A DNA stretch of 64,000 bases from Chiloscyllium plagiosum (Eukaryota), in NCBI RefSeq assembly GCF_004010195.1, contig NC_057749.1:23666999-23730998 (forward strand), given 5' to 3'. The notes below the pieces were generated by a model that saw only the letters and a list, made by a program, of their open reading frames with translations, was not told the origin of the DNA and ran no database searches. The position numbers and the translations under genes were made by a program. How positions within the stretch are numbered: position 1 is the first letter of the stretch; every line of letters starts with the position of its first letter. Positions 39,420 through 52,800 of this stretch are shown piece by piece.

Positions 39420-40290
39420 CAGAACATAGAACATTGAACAATACAGCTCAGAGCAGGCCCTTCGGCCCTCGATGTTGCGCCGACCTGTGAACTAACCTTA
39501 GTTTAGTACCTCTGGTACTAAACCCGTAGACAATGATGACTCAGAGATCAAAGCTAAAGGTTCCAACACCTCCTCCCTAGCTTCCCAGACAATCCATGGA
39601 TAAATCCTATCTGGCCCAGGGGACTTGTTTACTTTCACTCCATCTAGAATTGATAACACCTCTTCTTTACTAACCTCAATCCTTTCTAGTGTAATATCGC
39701 ATATCTCATTCTTCTCCACTACAATATTCTCCTTTTCCTGAGTGAAAACCAATGAGAAATATTCGTTTAGCACCTCTCCGATCTCTACAGGGTCCACACA
39801 CAACTTCTCACTTCTGTCTTATTCCTACCCTATTCCTATCCTCATCATCCTTTTATTCCTCACATACCTATAGAAAGCTTTAGGGTTCTCCTTTATTCTA
39901 TTTGCTAAAGTCTGTTCGTGTCCTCTCTTGACTCTTCTTAACTCTCTCTTTAAGTCCTTCCTAGCTGATCTGTAACTCTCCATCGCCTCATCTGAACCGT
40001 TTTGTCTCATCGTCACAAAAGCCTCCTCCTTCCACTTAACAAGAGATACAATTTCCGTAATAAACCACGGTTCCCTTACCTTATCACTTCCTCCCTGCCT
40101 GACAGGAACGTATCTATCAAGGACACGTAATATCTATTCCTTAAAGCAGATCCACATTTCGATTGTCCCTCTCCCCTGCATTTTGCTACACTATTCTATG
40201 CATCGTAAGTCTTGCCTCATCGCATGATAATTGCCCTTCCTTCGTTGATAACTCTTGCCCTGTGGCATGTACCTATCCATCTCCATGACC
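39420..40290 (-). mobile_element. CR1 fragment nested in the Rex1 element
   Basis: IKENPKAFYRYVRNKR, VLNEYFSLVFT, NKSPGPDRIYP. Confidence 0.85.
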
Positions 40291-43239
40291 AGATCCATCA
40301 TTTTGCTGCCATTGATGGAGGGCTTGTTGTCTTTACGCCATGCCACTAAGCACTGAATCTCTTTCCTGTATTCTGTCTCATCATTTAATATCTGACTTAC
40401 AACAGTGATGTCGTCAGCAAACTTGTAAATGGATATAAGGAGTATTGTAAGCAGCTGAGTACGCAGCCTTGTAGGTCCCCAGTGTTAGGGATTATGGTGG
40501 AGGTGTTGTCACCTATTCTGACTGATTGTGGTCTATGGGTCAGGAAGTTAAGGATCCAGTTACAGAGGGGCGAGCCAGGACCTAGGTCTCAGAGTTTAGA
40601 TGTGAGTTTGTTTGGAACGATGGTATTGAAGGTGGAATTGTAACCAATAAACAAGGATGTAGGAGTCCAGATGTTCCAGGGATGAGTGTAGGGCGAGGAG
40701 AATGGTGTCTGCTGTGGATCTGTTGCCTCGGTAGGCAAATTGCAAAGGATGAAGGCAATTGGTGAGCTGGAGTCGATGTGAGCCATGACTAATCTCTCAA
40801 AGCTCTTGACAATGATAGAGATCAGAGCCACCAGGCCATAGTCTTTGAGGCACGCTGCGTGATTTTTCTGTGGGACCAGGATGACAGTGGTCTCCTTGAA
40901 GCAGGTAGGACCTCAGATCATAATAAGGAGAGGTTAAAGATGTGTGTGAATACTCCCGCCAGCTGGTCTGCACAGGATCTGAGTGCACAGGTGGGGATTC
41001 CATTTGGGCCACTTGCTTTCTGAGGGTTCAATCTCAAAAAGGTTGATTAAATGTCTCTGATAGTGATTGTGAATACAATGTGCACCCAAGGCTGTTGGGA
41101 TAGGTGACATTGTTTCATTGTCCTTTTATTCAAAATGAGTGTAGGATGCATCGAGTTCATTGGGTAGGGATATGCTGTTGCTTATGATTTTATTTGACTT
41201 CACTTTGTAGTCTGTTATGTTGTGCAAGCCTTGTCATAAACAAAGGGTATCCATGTGGTTAGTCTGTGTCTGAAGCTTAATTTGACATTGCCTTTTTGCA
41301 CCTCTGGTGGCCTTACAAACGTCATACCTGGATTTCCTTCATAGATCAGGATTGTCCGGCTTGTCTGCCTCAGACCTGGACTTCAGTAAGTGGATCTTCC
41401 AAATCATCCAAGTTTCCGGTGGGGAACATTCGGATTTACCTCCTTGGCTTGCAGTCTTCTGTACACTTTTTAATGAAGTCTGTGAGAGTAGTGGCATACC
41501 CATTGAGGTTGGTTGGTGGGATCTTGAATATGAACTAGTTCACTGACTCTAAGCAGTCCTGTAGAAGCCCTTTCATTGTCTGAGATCAACACTGCGCTAC
41601 TTTCTGTACTGGGTTCTCACGCTTCAACCTGTGCTTGTAAGCTGGGAGGAGGGGCACAATGTTGTGATCTGATTTTCCAAAATGCGGTGGGAGATGAAGC
41701 AGTAGGCATCTTTGATGGTTGTGTAGCAATGGTCAAGGATGTTTGGACCTCTGGTGGGACGGGAGACATGTTAATGGTATTCAGTAGTATGTTCTTGTGG
41801 CTGACCTGGTTCAAGTCACCGACTATGATGAACAAGGCCTCGGAGTCTTCTGGCTCAAGACTGTTTGTAGTGTTGCATATTTCATCAAGTGCACTCTTCG
41901 TGTCCTCATGGGTGGGACATAGACTGCTGTCAGGATAGCAGAGGTGAACTCACACGGCAGGTAGTTGGGATGACACTTTACTGTAAGATATTCTAGGTCT
42001 GGGGAGCAGTAACTTGCCAGGGTCACCATGTCTAAGCACCAGGAGATGTTGATTAGGAGGCAGACCCCACCACTTATTACCTTGCCAGAGGATGCCAAGT
42101 GCACCGTTTAATTAACTGAGAAACTCTCAGGGTGCCTGGCACATTTAGGAGTGTAGCAGGAGTGAGCAATGTTGCTGTAAAACAGAGCACACATCAGTCT
42201 CTCAATTTCTTTTGGAAGGTAAGTCTAGCTTTAAGGTCATCCATCTTGTTTTCACTGGTTTGCCAGGAGTATGCAGGGGAGGGGGAGACTTGAAACCCCG
42301 TAGTTTCAGTCGCACCTGAAGTCCAGTACATATCCCACATTTTCTGGGTAGGTGTTCTACTCCTACTCAATCCCGGGCTTCAGTGTGGGAAGTCTGCTGC
42401 AATAAGAGCTCTTCCTGTGCACCAGACACAGCTGTGAGCATTCCGGGGGGGGTATTCTGGCTGGTTCGCTCGGGCCCCCTCAATGTCGGGTGACCGTGCC
42501 CTTGTTATATTTGTGGATGTGGTGTCAATGTTGCAAGTTGCCTTGTCCTGAATGGAATCGATATTTTTGACTGTTGTGAAGGTGTTCTTCTCCAGGAAAG
42601 TGGAAGCATTCCATCAATCAACTGATCTATTTCTTGTAGTCAGCAGTTAGGATTTACTGAGTCAGGAATTGAGTTACTCACTGCAGGATTCCGAGCCTCT
42701 GACCTGTCCTTGAAGCCACTGTATTTTGGTGGCGAATCCAGTTCAGTTTCTCGTCAGTGGTAACCCTCAAGATATTACTAGTGGGAGATTCAGTGATGGT
42801 TATGCCACTGAACTTTAAGGAGCAATGTCGGATTGTTTCTTATTGGAGATGAACATTGCCTGGCACTGTGCAGCATAAATTTATTTATCAGTTGTCAGTT
42901 CAAACCTGGATATTGTCTAGGTCTTGTTGCACTTAAACATGGACTCTTTGAATACCTGAGGAATATCAAATAGAGCTAAACGTTGTACAATAATCAGGGG
43001 GCATTTCTACTTATGACCTTATGATGGAGGGATAGTCATTGACCAATCAGCCAAAGATGACTACTTAAAAATGCAGCCTCTATAGTCCTCTACAGCAAAG
43101 AATTCCACTACCTTTAGGGAGAAGAAATTCTTCCTCACTCCCTTACTCATTACTCTGAGATTATGTCCTTTGATCTCTGATCACTTGGATTTTTTTTACA
43201 CATAGAGTCATACAGCACAGAGACAGGGAAGTGGATTTT

Positions 43240-43585
43240 CCAACACCCACCCTCATGGAATGTTCTTTCTGGCACAAAAACTGAGGATACAGGAAAGCCT
43301 TTTTTGTGTACGTCTAATGAAAGAGAATTAACAAAGCCAAGAAGAAGAGTTACCAGGTCCATCTCCACCTCTGTCCCCAAGGCCTTCTCTAGTTCGTCTA
43401 CCACAGCACTCTAGTTTGCCGCAGACTGTGGCAGGACCAAAGACAATGAATAAGCTTGCCCATGTTCACTTTACACTTAGGACACATTGGTGATGCTTTT
43501 GCTTTAAATTTAGCGAGGTGCTCTGGAGCCATATGGACCCCGTGAAGAATCTTCAAATACAAGGAGGGGGTCCTGTTGCAATATC
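43240..43585 (-). mobile_element. Second fragment of the same L1 family (ORF2 C-terminal region)
   Basis: Diverged copy of ~44810-45150. Confidence 0.8.
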
Positions 43586-43679
43586 CTTCCTATAAGTGGG
43601 CAACCAGAACTTTACACAGTATTCCAGAAGAGGCCTCCTGTCCAACCTCAACATGACTTCTCAACTAGGCGAAGGTGGG

Positions 43680-44250
43680 TGCTTCAGATGCTGGAGCTTA
43701 GAGTCAAGATTAGAGTGGTGCTGGAAAAGCACAACAGATCAGGTAGTAGCATCTGAGGAGCAGGAAAGTCGACGTTTCCGGGAAAAGTCCTTCATCAGGA
43801 ATGAGGCTGGGAGCCTCGGGGGTGGAGAGATAAATGGGAAGGGGTGGGGCTGGGGAAAAGGCAGTTGAGAGTGTACTAGGTGGATGGATGTGGGGGTAAA
43901 GGTGATAGGTCAGAGAGGAGGGTGGAGCGAATAGGTGGGAAGGAAGAGGAACAGGTTGGACAGGTCATGAGGACGGTGCTGAGCTGGAAGGTTGGAACTG
44001 GGATGAGGTGGGGGGAGGGAAAATCAGGAAACTGGTGAAGTCCACATTGATGCCATGGGGTTAGAGGGTCCGAGGCAGAAGATGAGGCGTTCTTCCTCCA
44101 GGCTTCCGATGGTGAGGGAGTGGCCTAGGAGGAGGCCTAGGACCTGCATGTCCTCGGCAGAGTGGGAGGGGGAGTTGAAATGTTCAGCCACGGGGTGGTA
44201 GGGTTGATTGGTGCGGATGTCCCGGGGATATTCTCTGAAGCGCTGTGTGA
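43680..44250 (-). mobile_element. Penelope-like element 3' end (GIY-YIG C-terminus + pLTR with hammerhead-like motif)
   Basis: QRFREY...PVAEHFNSPSHS..DMQVLGLL...LEEERLIFCLG, then a pyrimidine-rich UTR and CTGATGAAGGACTTTTCCCGGAAACGTC. Confidence 0.85.
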
Positions 44251-44308
44251 CAAGGTGAAACTCTTGTACTCGAAGGACTGAGTAATGAAGGCAAGTGTGC
44301 CAAGCACC

Positions 44309-47300
44309 GTTTTTTTTCAAATATATTTTTATTTAAAAAAGAAAAAAATTTTCCTTTGAATATTACAACAAATACAAAAACAAACAATTCAAACCAATAT
44401 TTTTTTAAAAACCCGCTAATGACATAAATAAATAAGAACTGATAACTAAGCCACAAAAGGAAAATCTTCACAATAACAATAATGATAATAACCATAGCAC
44501 AGCTCAGCAAAACAAAGCAATAGCCCTCGATCATCGAGCACATTAGTTTATACATATTCATATGTTTGTAGTTCCTCCCCTCTGGATACCAAATCCATTA
44601 CATAGAATTGCCATGGTTATATAAAGGCTCTTATTAATATTACAGACAAATCTGTACCCAGGTAGTCCAACAAGGGACACCACGTCTCACAGAGATTGTC
44701 CGGTTTATGGTGCACCATACTCATAAGAAAGTCCAAGGGGATGTTCTCCATGTCTAGCTTATGCCAGACCGCCAACCCCAGGGGATTTTCTGACACACAC
44801 ACCCACACACACACACCCACCTCATTGAATGCTCTTTCTGGCACAAAAAGTGAGGATACTGAAAAGCCTTTTTTTTGTGTGCATCAAATGAAAGAGAATT
44901 AACAAGCCAAGAAGACGTGTTACCGGGTCCATCTCCACCTCTGTCCCCAAGGCCTTCTCTATTTCACCTACCACAGTACTCCAGTTTGTCACAGTCTGTG
45001 GCAGGACCAAAGACAATGAGTAAGCGTGCCCATGCTCACTTTACATTTAGGATACACTGGAGATGCTCCTGCTTTGAATTTAGCGAGACGGTCTGGAGCC
45101 AGATGGACCCTGAGGAGAATCTTTAATTGCAAGGCATGGGTCCTGTTGCAAATCGAGATCCATCTCGCATTTTCTCAGATATCCTCCCATATTCCAGAAG
45201 AGATCTCAACGTCCAACTCCCTCTCCCATACCTTACGGAGCCATTCGGTCTCGTTGGAGGGGCCCTCTCCCATTAGATGATAAGCGTTGCTAACAGATAA
45301 TGTACCCTCAACACCCTCTTCGTCATGTCAGACCTATAAGGAAGAGTTAGAAGTGTGGTCTCTTTTTGTATGAAGTTTCTAATTTGAAAGAAATGAAAGA
45401 GGTCCCCATTGGGCAATTCATATTTCTGAGCCAACTGGTCAAAAGACATCAGTATGTCCCCTTTGAATAAATCACCCAGGTAAGACATGCCCCTAGCTGC
45501 CTATAGCTTAAATTCAGAATCCGTCATCCCTGGCTGAAAGCTGGGCATACTAATTCTGGATGTCAAAAATGATGTTTTGGTAATATTGCCCTTACCCTGA
45601 TGCATTGCCCTCCAAGCCTTGACAGTATTGATGACAGTATTGATAGCTATGGGTCGGCATGGTTTGTTTCCGTGCTGCACATCTCTATGACTCTATGACA
45701 GCAGGCTAATAAGGAAGCATCTTATGCTTCGATGTCTAACCAAAGTGAGTGAAGGTCCCCCCCAGACCCAATCATTCTCATAAGATAGCAACGAGCTTAA
45801 CTAATAGTTTTTGATATCTGAGAGGTCCACTCCCCCAGTCTGTAAGGTAACTGGAATTTAGTCAATTTAATTGGGGGCCGCTTGTGATACCAGATAAAAG
45901 AACTAAACCAGCCATTCAATCTTCTAAATATTTGCTTAGTAAAAAGCATAAGAAACATTCACATAGGATACAACAGGCGGGGCAGAATGTTCATTTAACA
46001 AGGACTATCCGACCTAACCATCTACAAAGGTTCTGCTTGATTCTGTTGACTAAATGGGCAAAATTGGCTTTAAATAGCCAATCAAAAACGGGAGTAATAA
46101 ATATACCTAAGTAGAGAAAGCCCTCCTGCGACCATCTAAAGGGAAATGGAGATCCGCCCTCAGGATCAGGCTCTCTCAGGAGACCACCCATAGGCATGGC
46201 CTCTGATTTTGCAAAGGTGATCTTATAACCCAAGAAGCCACCAAATAAATTGATGCATTGTATCAGGTGTGGCACTGAGGCAGCTGGTTTTGATAAGAAG
46301 ACAAGTACATCATTCACATACAGTGCAACTTTATGTGACTTTGTCCCCACCTCTGGAGCAGTTATATTGGGATCTCTGCATATTGCTTCCACCAGCGGTT
46401 CGATCACCAGTGTGAAAAGCAATGGTGACAAGGGACCGCTCGGTTGACTGCTCCTACAAATATTAAAATTGCTTGACCATACACCATTGGTGAGGACCGC
46501 AGCAAGAGGATCACTATACAAAACCACCACCCACCTGATGAAGGTCTCTCTCAGGCCAAACCGCTTCAAAGTATGAAAATGACAATGATTATGAGACCCT
46601 GTCAAATGCCTTTTCCAAATCTAAGGAGACCATCAATCCCTGTACCATTCTCTGTTGACATACTTGGATCATGTTAAGTAATCTCCTGACATTATTCGTC
46701 GATCTGACACTGTTTATGAACCCTGTCTGGTCCTCCTTAATGATGGAGGGCAGTACAGTTTCTAGCCTTAATGCCAGAGTCTTGGATAGAATTTTGAAGG
46801 CAACATTGAGGAGTGAAATGGGTTTATAGGAAGCATAGTCCTCCGGGACCTTCCCTTTTTTAGGAATGAGAGATGTTCATCTATCTTAGAGTTGGTGGGA
46901 GAAGACCGCAACTATGTGAGTCATTAAACATACTCAGCATCAGCCCTGACGAAATACTTATAAATTCCTTATCGAACTCACTGGGGAGCCCGTCAGGACC
47001 CTGCACCTTCCCATTCTGAAGCTGCCTCACAGCCTCCTGCACCTCTTGCTCTGACAATGGGGCATTGAGAAGACTCTTGTTCAGGGGCCACTCCCGGAAG
47101 TCCAAATTCTTAAAAAAAAGACTCCATCCTAACCCACCCACTCTCACAGCTTTCAGTTTGGTATAATTCAGAGTAAAATTTCTGGAATGCTGCATTAATC
47201 CTTTTCGAATCATAGCTCAAATTTCCAGTGTCCTCACTGATCGAGGTAATGGCTTGTGGGGCACTCGTTTTCCAAGCAAGGTATGCTAGGTACTTGCCTG

Positions 47301-49898
47301 ACTTATCCCCAAGTTCAAACAACATTTGACTCACAAATGTAAACTTCCTTCTTGGCTGTCTGTGTGAGCATGGAGTTCAGCATAGACCAGAGCGCTGTGA
47401 TCCTCTGCAGTTTAACTAGCGAGGGCCTGTCAAAGTATGCCTTTTCAGCTACTTTCAGACATGTCTTGAGCAAACGTTACTGCTCATCCATCCGTCGCTT
47501 CTTACTGGTTGAATGGGAAATAACCAACCCCCTGGCATAGGCTTTAACTGATTCCCAAAGGATGGATGGATTACTGGCCCAGCCTGAATTAATATCTAGA
47601 AAAAGCTCTGAACTCAGTTGAAAAGAATAAACTTGCTATCCTTGAGGATAAAGGGGTCCAGTCACTAGTGCCTCGAGCTTACCACTATATCCTTACTCTT
47701 AACCATTAAATACACTGGGGCATGATCAGAAATAGTGATATTGCCAATTGTTCATGATGTCACCGAGCCCAGATGTGCTGCAGGGGTCAGAGAAAGATCA
47801 ATCCTGGTGTGGCATTTATGAGGGTTCGAAAAGAAGGTGAAGTCCCTGCCAGGATGGTGAAGCTGCCTCCAAACATCTGCCAAACCTAATTCAGCGCCCA
47901 AATCCCTTAATTGTTTAGATCGCAAAGAAGATATCAGCTGGCCTTTGGGCAATCTGTCTCCCAGAGGGTCTATGAGACAACTGAAATCCCCTCCTACGAT
48001 GAGATACTGAGACACAAGGTTAACAAGTCTAGAAAGTGCGTCTGTCAAGAATTTAAGGGGGTGGGTCAGGGGCCAGTAAATATTTACAATTCCGCATTCT
48101 ATAGCATGTATCAAAGCTTTAAGGATTACAAATCTCCCATGTGTGTCTTTACTGCACTCTAATAACTTAAATGGGAGATCCTTTCTCACTAAAATGGCCA
48201 CCCCTCTATTCCTCGTATTGAAAGATGAAAAATAAACCTGCTCATACTTATTCTGTTGCAGCTTCAAATGCTCTGCATCATCCAAGTGTGTTTCTTGTAA
48301 TAAGGCAACATCCACCCTCTCCCTTTTAAAGCTGGAAAGTATCTTTTTCCTCTTGACAGGTGAATGACTCCCCTTAATATTCCAGATGCACCACTTCAAC
48401 ACATCCTTAGCCATAACCTTCCAGAACACCATCTAGACTCTAGAGAGGGAGAACCCGAACTACAAATCGCTGAGCTTTAATTCAAAAGAATCCACAAAAC
48501 CCAAAAACTACACAGACTAAAGTAACAATAGCCAACAAATCTACAAAACTTACAAAAGCTATGTACTGCAAAAACCGAAAAACAAAAAAAAATCGCCAAA
48601 GGCACTGATTGGAGGGATTTACCCCCCCCATTCAAAGGGGGTAACTACACATCCTACAACCCTACTAACCATCCCAAACACCCTCTTAACTCCTACCAGC
48701 TAGGGTCACGTCACATACACTGACCACCTGGTGGAGGAGAAAATACCCAAGAGCAAGGTTAGTACTGTTGACAAGTAAATTAAAAATAAATATGTCACCC
48801 ATCCCTTAACATAACTTTAAAAATAAAGATAAATATGCTATCCATCCCGGACATCATTTCACACAACTTATTACCAGAAAGGAGACTCCACCAAGTCCTT
48901 TTTTAAAGAAGAGCAAACCCGAGCTGCTCTGTCCTCTACGTCTATTCGGCTGTTCGACATAAGTCAATATTCCACAAAGTTCTTTGCTTTCTCTGACAAG
49001 TCGAATAAATGCATCAGTCTGTTATGATTGATCCAAAGCATTGCTGGATATCTTAAGGAATACTGGATCCCAAGCTCTCTCAATCTCCTCTTGACGCCAT
49101 CGTAGTACTTCCTTTTCCGGACCACTACTGCTAAGAAAAGTTGAAAAACATGACCCTGGAGCCGTCACTTACCAACATCCTTGGGTCCTTCTCCTGGGCT
49201 CTAGAGGCTTCCGTGACCCTCTGCTTATCTTTGCAATGATAGAACCTTACCAGGCCAGGGCGTGGGTGCTGATCCACACCTGGTTTTCGTGCCACGATCC
49301 GGTGGGCTCTTTCAATTGTTATCCTCCCCTTGTCAACCTCCAAACCAAGGAACTCTGGGAACCACTTCTCGAAGAACTCCACCAGCCACTCAGCTTCCAT
49401 CACCTCTGGTATGCCAACAACGCGCAGTTTCTTTCTTCTGCCCCTATTTTCAGGATCGTCCACCAGGTCCAACACTCCATGGACCTGTGTTTCCAGGGTT
49501 TCAATCTGGCTCTTGGAGGAGTCAGTCTCTGCCTCTATCCCTGCAGCCTAGCACTCATAGCAGCATAGCAGATACAGGAGTGGTTATTTTTTCCTGGATT
49601 TGCTTCCCCGGGACATTGCAAGATTTGGCCAGCTCCTCAACCAGGGTCTGGTGAGTAAGCAAGCCCGCTGTTTCAGAGGACTGAGCTATGGCCCTGGCCC
49701 CGGGTAAGCTCCTTAATTTCTTTGGCATTCTCTAGCTGCAATGACAAAGGCAAGTAGAATTTTTCAGGTTTCTAGCTCCTTTCCTGTGTTTTTACTCAGT
49801 ACACTGTTTGGGATGGGTTCTGGTTCTGTTGGGTCAGTGTTGCAGTACAGAGCCCAGCAAACACGATCCTAATAGGACGCCACCATCTTGGATTCCCC
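44309..49898 (-). mobile_element. Full-length but decayed L1-clade LINE (ORF1 + APE endonuclease/RT ORF2)
   Basis: 5' end GGGGAATCCAAGATGG; ORF1 motif ENRGRRKKLRVVGIPE; EN motifs WNIKG...LQETH...GDF...TRID; RT fragments GPDGLPSEF, PLSPLLF, LYVNDVLVF; A-rich tail at ~44310-44345; TSD tgcca(a/c)gcacc at 44298-44308 and 49899-49909. Confidence 0.9.
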
Positions 49899-49899
49899 T

Positions 49900-52800
49900 G
49901 CCACGCACCTTTTTAACCAACCTATCTATATGTGACACAAATTTCAAAGAAATATGTCCCTGCACCCTTCGATCCCTCTGTTCTACAACATTATCCAAGA
50001 CCCTACCATTAACTGCATAAGCCCTACCCTTGTTTGTTGTACGAAAATGAAATACCTCGCATTTTTCCAGATTGAACTTCATCTGCTCATTTTTCAGCCC
50101 ACTGACTCATTTGATTAAGATCTCTTTGTAATCTTAGAAAATCTTCTTCGCTGTCGACTATGCCATCAATCTTGGTGTCGTCCGCAAACTTACTAACCAT
50201 GACTTCTATATTCTCATCCAAATTACTTATATAAATGACAAAGAAAGAGGACCCAGAGCCGGGTCCTGTGGATCACCACTGGTCACAGGCCTCTGTCCGA
50301 AAAGTAACCCTCCATCGTCACTCTCTGTCTCCTGCCATTAAGTAAACTATGTATCCAATTGACAAGCTCACCCTGAATCCCATGCGAGTTAGCTTTACTA
50401 ATTAGTCTACCATGCAGAATATTGTTGAAGGCTTTACTAAAATCCAATTAAACAACCCTAGATCACTTATCAATCATGGTGACTTTAATCCCCATGTAGA
50501 TTGGGAAAATTGGCAGAGGTGGCCAACAGAGAGTATATTTGGAACAGTTGTGTATTGGATTCAGCAGCTATTGCCCAGAGGATGGTTAAGAGTCAACCAC
50601 GTTGCTGTGAGTCTGGAGTCACAGTAGGCTAAGTGGTAAGGACTGCACTCTTCCTTCTCTAAAGGACATTAGTAAACCTATTTTTTACAAAAATTATGTA
50701 GCAACTAGCTCTTATCAATTTCATAACTTTAAATGTCACCATCTCCCATGGTGGGATTTGAACACATCGTCTCAAAACAGCCAAGAGTTCCGGATTATGA
50801 GCCCAGTGACATTGCCACAATATCACCACTTTACCCATTAATCAGAAAGGAAAACAGAGAGGAAAGAGAGGGTTAGATTTCATGATAGAAATAAAAACTA
50901 AGGGAAAAAAAAGTTAAACTTTAAATTTAATAACAATATCATAGCCTTGTGGTGTTATTGCAGAACTATTAATCTACAAACTCAGCTAATAGGCCAGGCA
51001 TAAAAACAGAAATTGTTGGGAAAACTCAGCAGGTCTGGCAGCATCTGTGGACAGAAAGTAGAATTAACATATCAGGTCCAGTGGTCCTTCTTCAGGAATG
51101 TCTTTGTTTCTGACTTCCAGCATCTGCAGTTCTTTGTTTTTTTTTGTTTAATGTCTCGGAGATCCAGGTTTGAATCCTGCCACAGCAGATGGTGGAACTG
51201 AATTCAATTTGAAAAAAATTCTGGAAATAAGAATCTACCGATGGCCATTGCCAGAAACCCCTATCTGGCCCATTAACGTTCTTCATTAATCTGCCATCCT
51301 CACCTGATCTGGCCTACATGTGACTCCAGACTGACAGCGATGCCTTCTGAACTGCCCTCTGAAATGACCTAGCAAGCCATTCAGTTCATGCGCAATGAGC
51401 GATGGACAATAAATGCTGGCCAGATCAGCAATCCCCTCCTCCCACAAGTGAATTAAATGCAAGTGCAAGGCTCAATCATGTCAACTGCTGGTTTTCTGAG
51501 CTAGAGAGGTTGCATGAAATTGGGAGAGTGGGGTAATTGCATCATTAAATAATCCTCAGATCATTACCTACCTGCTGTGCTTTCCTGTTGTGAGTTTAGT
51601 GAGTATGCACAATGCAAATTCAATCATTTCTCGCAAGTCAAAGAGGAGAACCATTTTTTTATGAAGGCTACTTTGGTAACCAATCATCTGGTGATTTGTG
51701 GTCATTCCCAAGTCATTTCATTCCTTGGCCAAAGGTTGCTAGCTTTTATTTGTAAAGCACAATGGCCCCATGATGCAATGTAACAAGTGATGCTGTCAGT
51801 TTTTAGTTTTTTTTTTAATGGGATGAGGTGTCACTGGCCAGGTCAGCATTTAATGCCCATCCCTAATTTCCCAGAGAGTCGTTAAGAGTCATCCATATTG
51901 CTGTGGGTCTGGAGTCACATGTAGGCCTGACCAGGTAAGGATGACAGATTTCCTTCCCTAATGGACATTAGTTTTAGTTGTTTAAGCAAACAATGATATA
52001 GGGATTCTATGAGTCTCGTCCAGATGCCACTATTTAGGAAAGGCTGTAAGGAAAAGCCAAGGAACTATAGGCCGATGAGCCTGAAGTCAGTGATGGGCAA
52101 GTTGTTGGAGGGAATCCTGAGGGACAACCTTTACATGCATTTGGAAAGGCAAGGACTGGTTAGGGATAGTCAACATGGCTTTGTATGTGGGAAATCATTT
52201 CTCACAAACTTGAGTGCATTTTTTGAAGAAGCATAAAGCAGATCGATGAAGTCAGAGCAGTAGACATTGTCTATGTGGACTTTGGAAAGGTGTTCAACAA
52301 GGTTCTGAATGGTACATTGGTTAGCAAGGTTAGATCACATGGAATCTAGGGAGAGCTAGCCATTTGGATACAAAATTGGATTGAAGGTAGGAGACAGAGG
52401 CTGGTGGTCAAGAGTTCTTTTTCAAACTGAAATCCTGTGACCAATGATTTGGATGTGAATATAGGAGGTATAGTTAGTAAGTTTACAGATGACACCAACT
52501 GTAGGTGTAGTTGGCAGCCAGAAAGGTTACCTCACAGTACAATGATTAGATGGACCTTGATTAGATGGTCCGAGGAGTGGTAGATGGAGTGTAAATTCAA
52601 TAAATGTGAGGTGTTGCATTTTGGAAATACAAATCAGGGCAGGACTTATACACTTAATGGTAAGATCCTGGGGAATGTTGCCGAACAAAGACACCTTGGG
52701 GTGCAGGTTCCTCAAAAGTGGAGTCGCAGGTAGACAGGGTATAGGCATTTGATAAGCTTGCCTTTATTGTTTCAGCGCATTGAGTGTAGGAGTTGGGATG

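Larger units (their letters stand above)
38090..42300 (-). mobile_element. Decayed Rex1/Babar-type LINE interrupted by RTE-derived and CR1 insertions
   Basis: EN fragments GGVCLLINISWC...CSPDLEYLTVKC...TAVYVPP and IIVGDLN; RT fragment ALISIIVKSFERLVMAHI; C-terminus LPSGRRYKSLNTCTNRVKNNFF; tail with AATAAA and short repeats at ~38095-38120. Confidence 0.8.
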
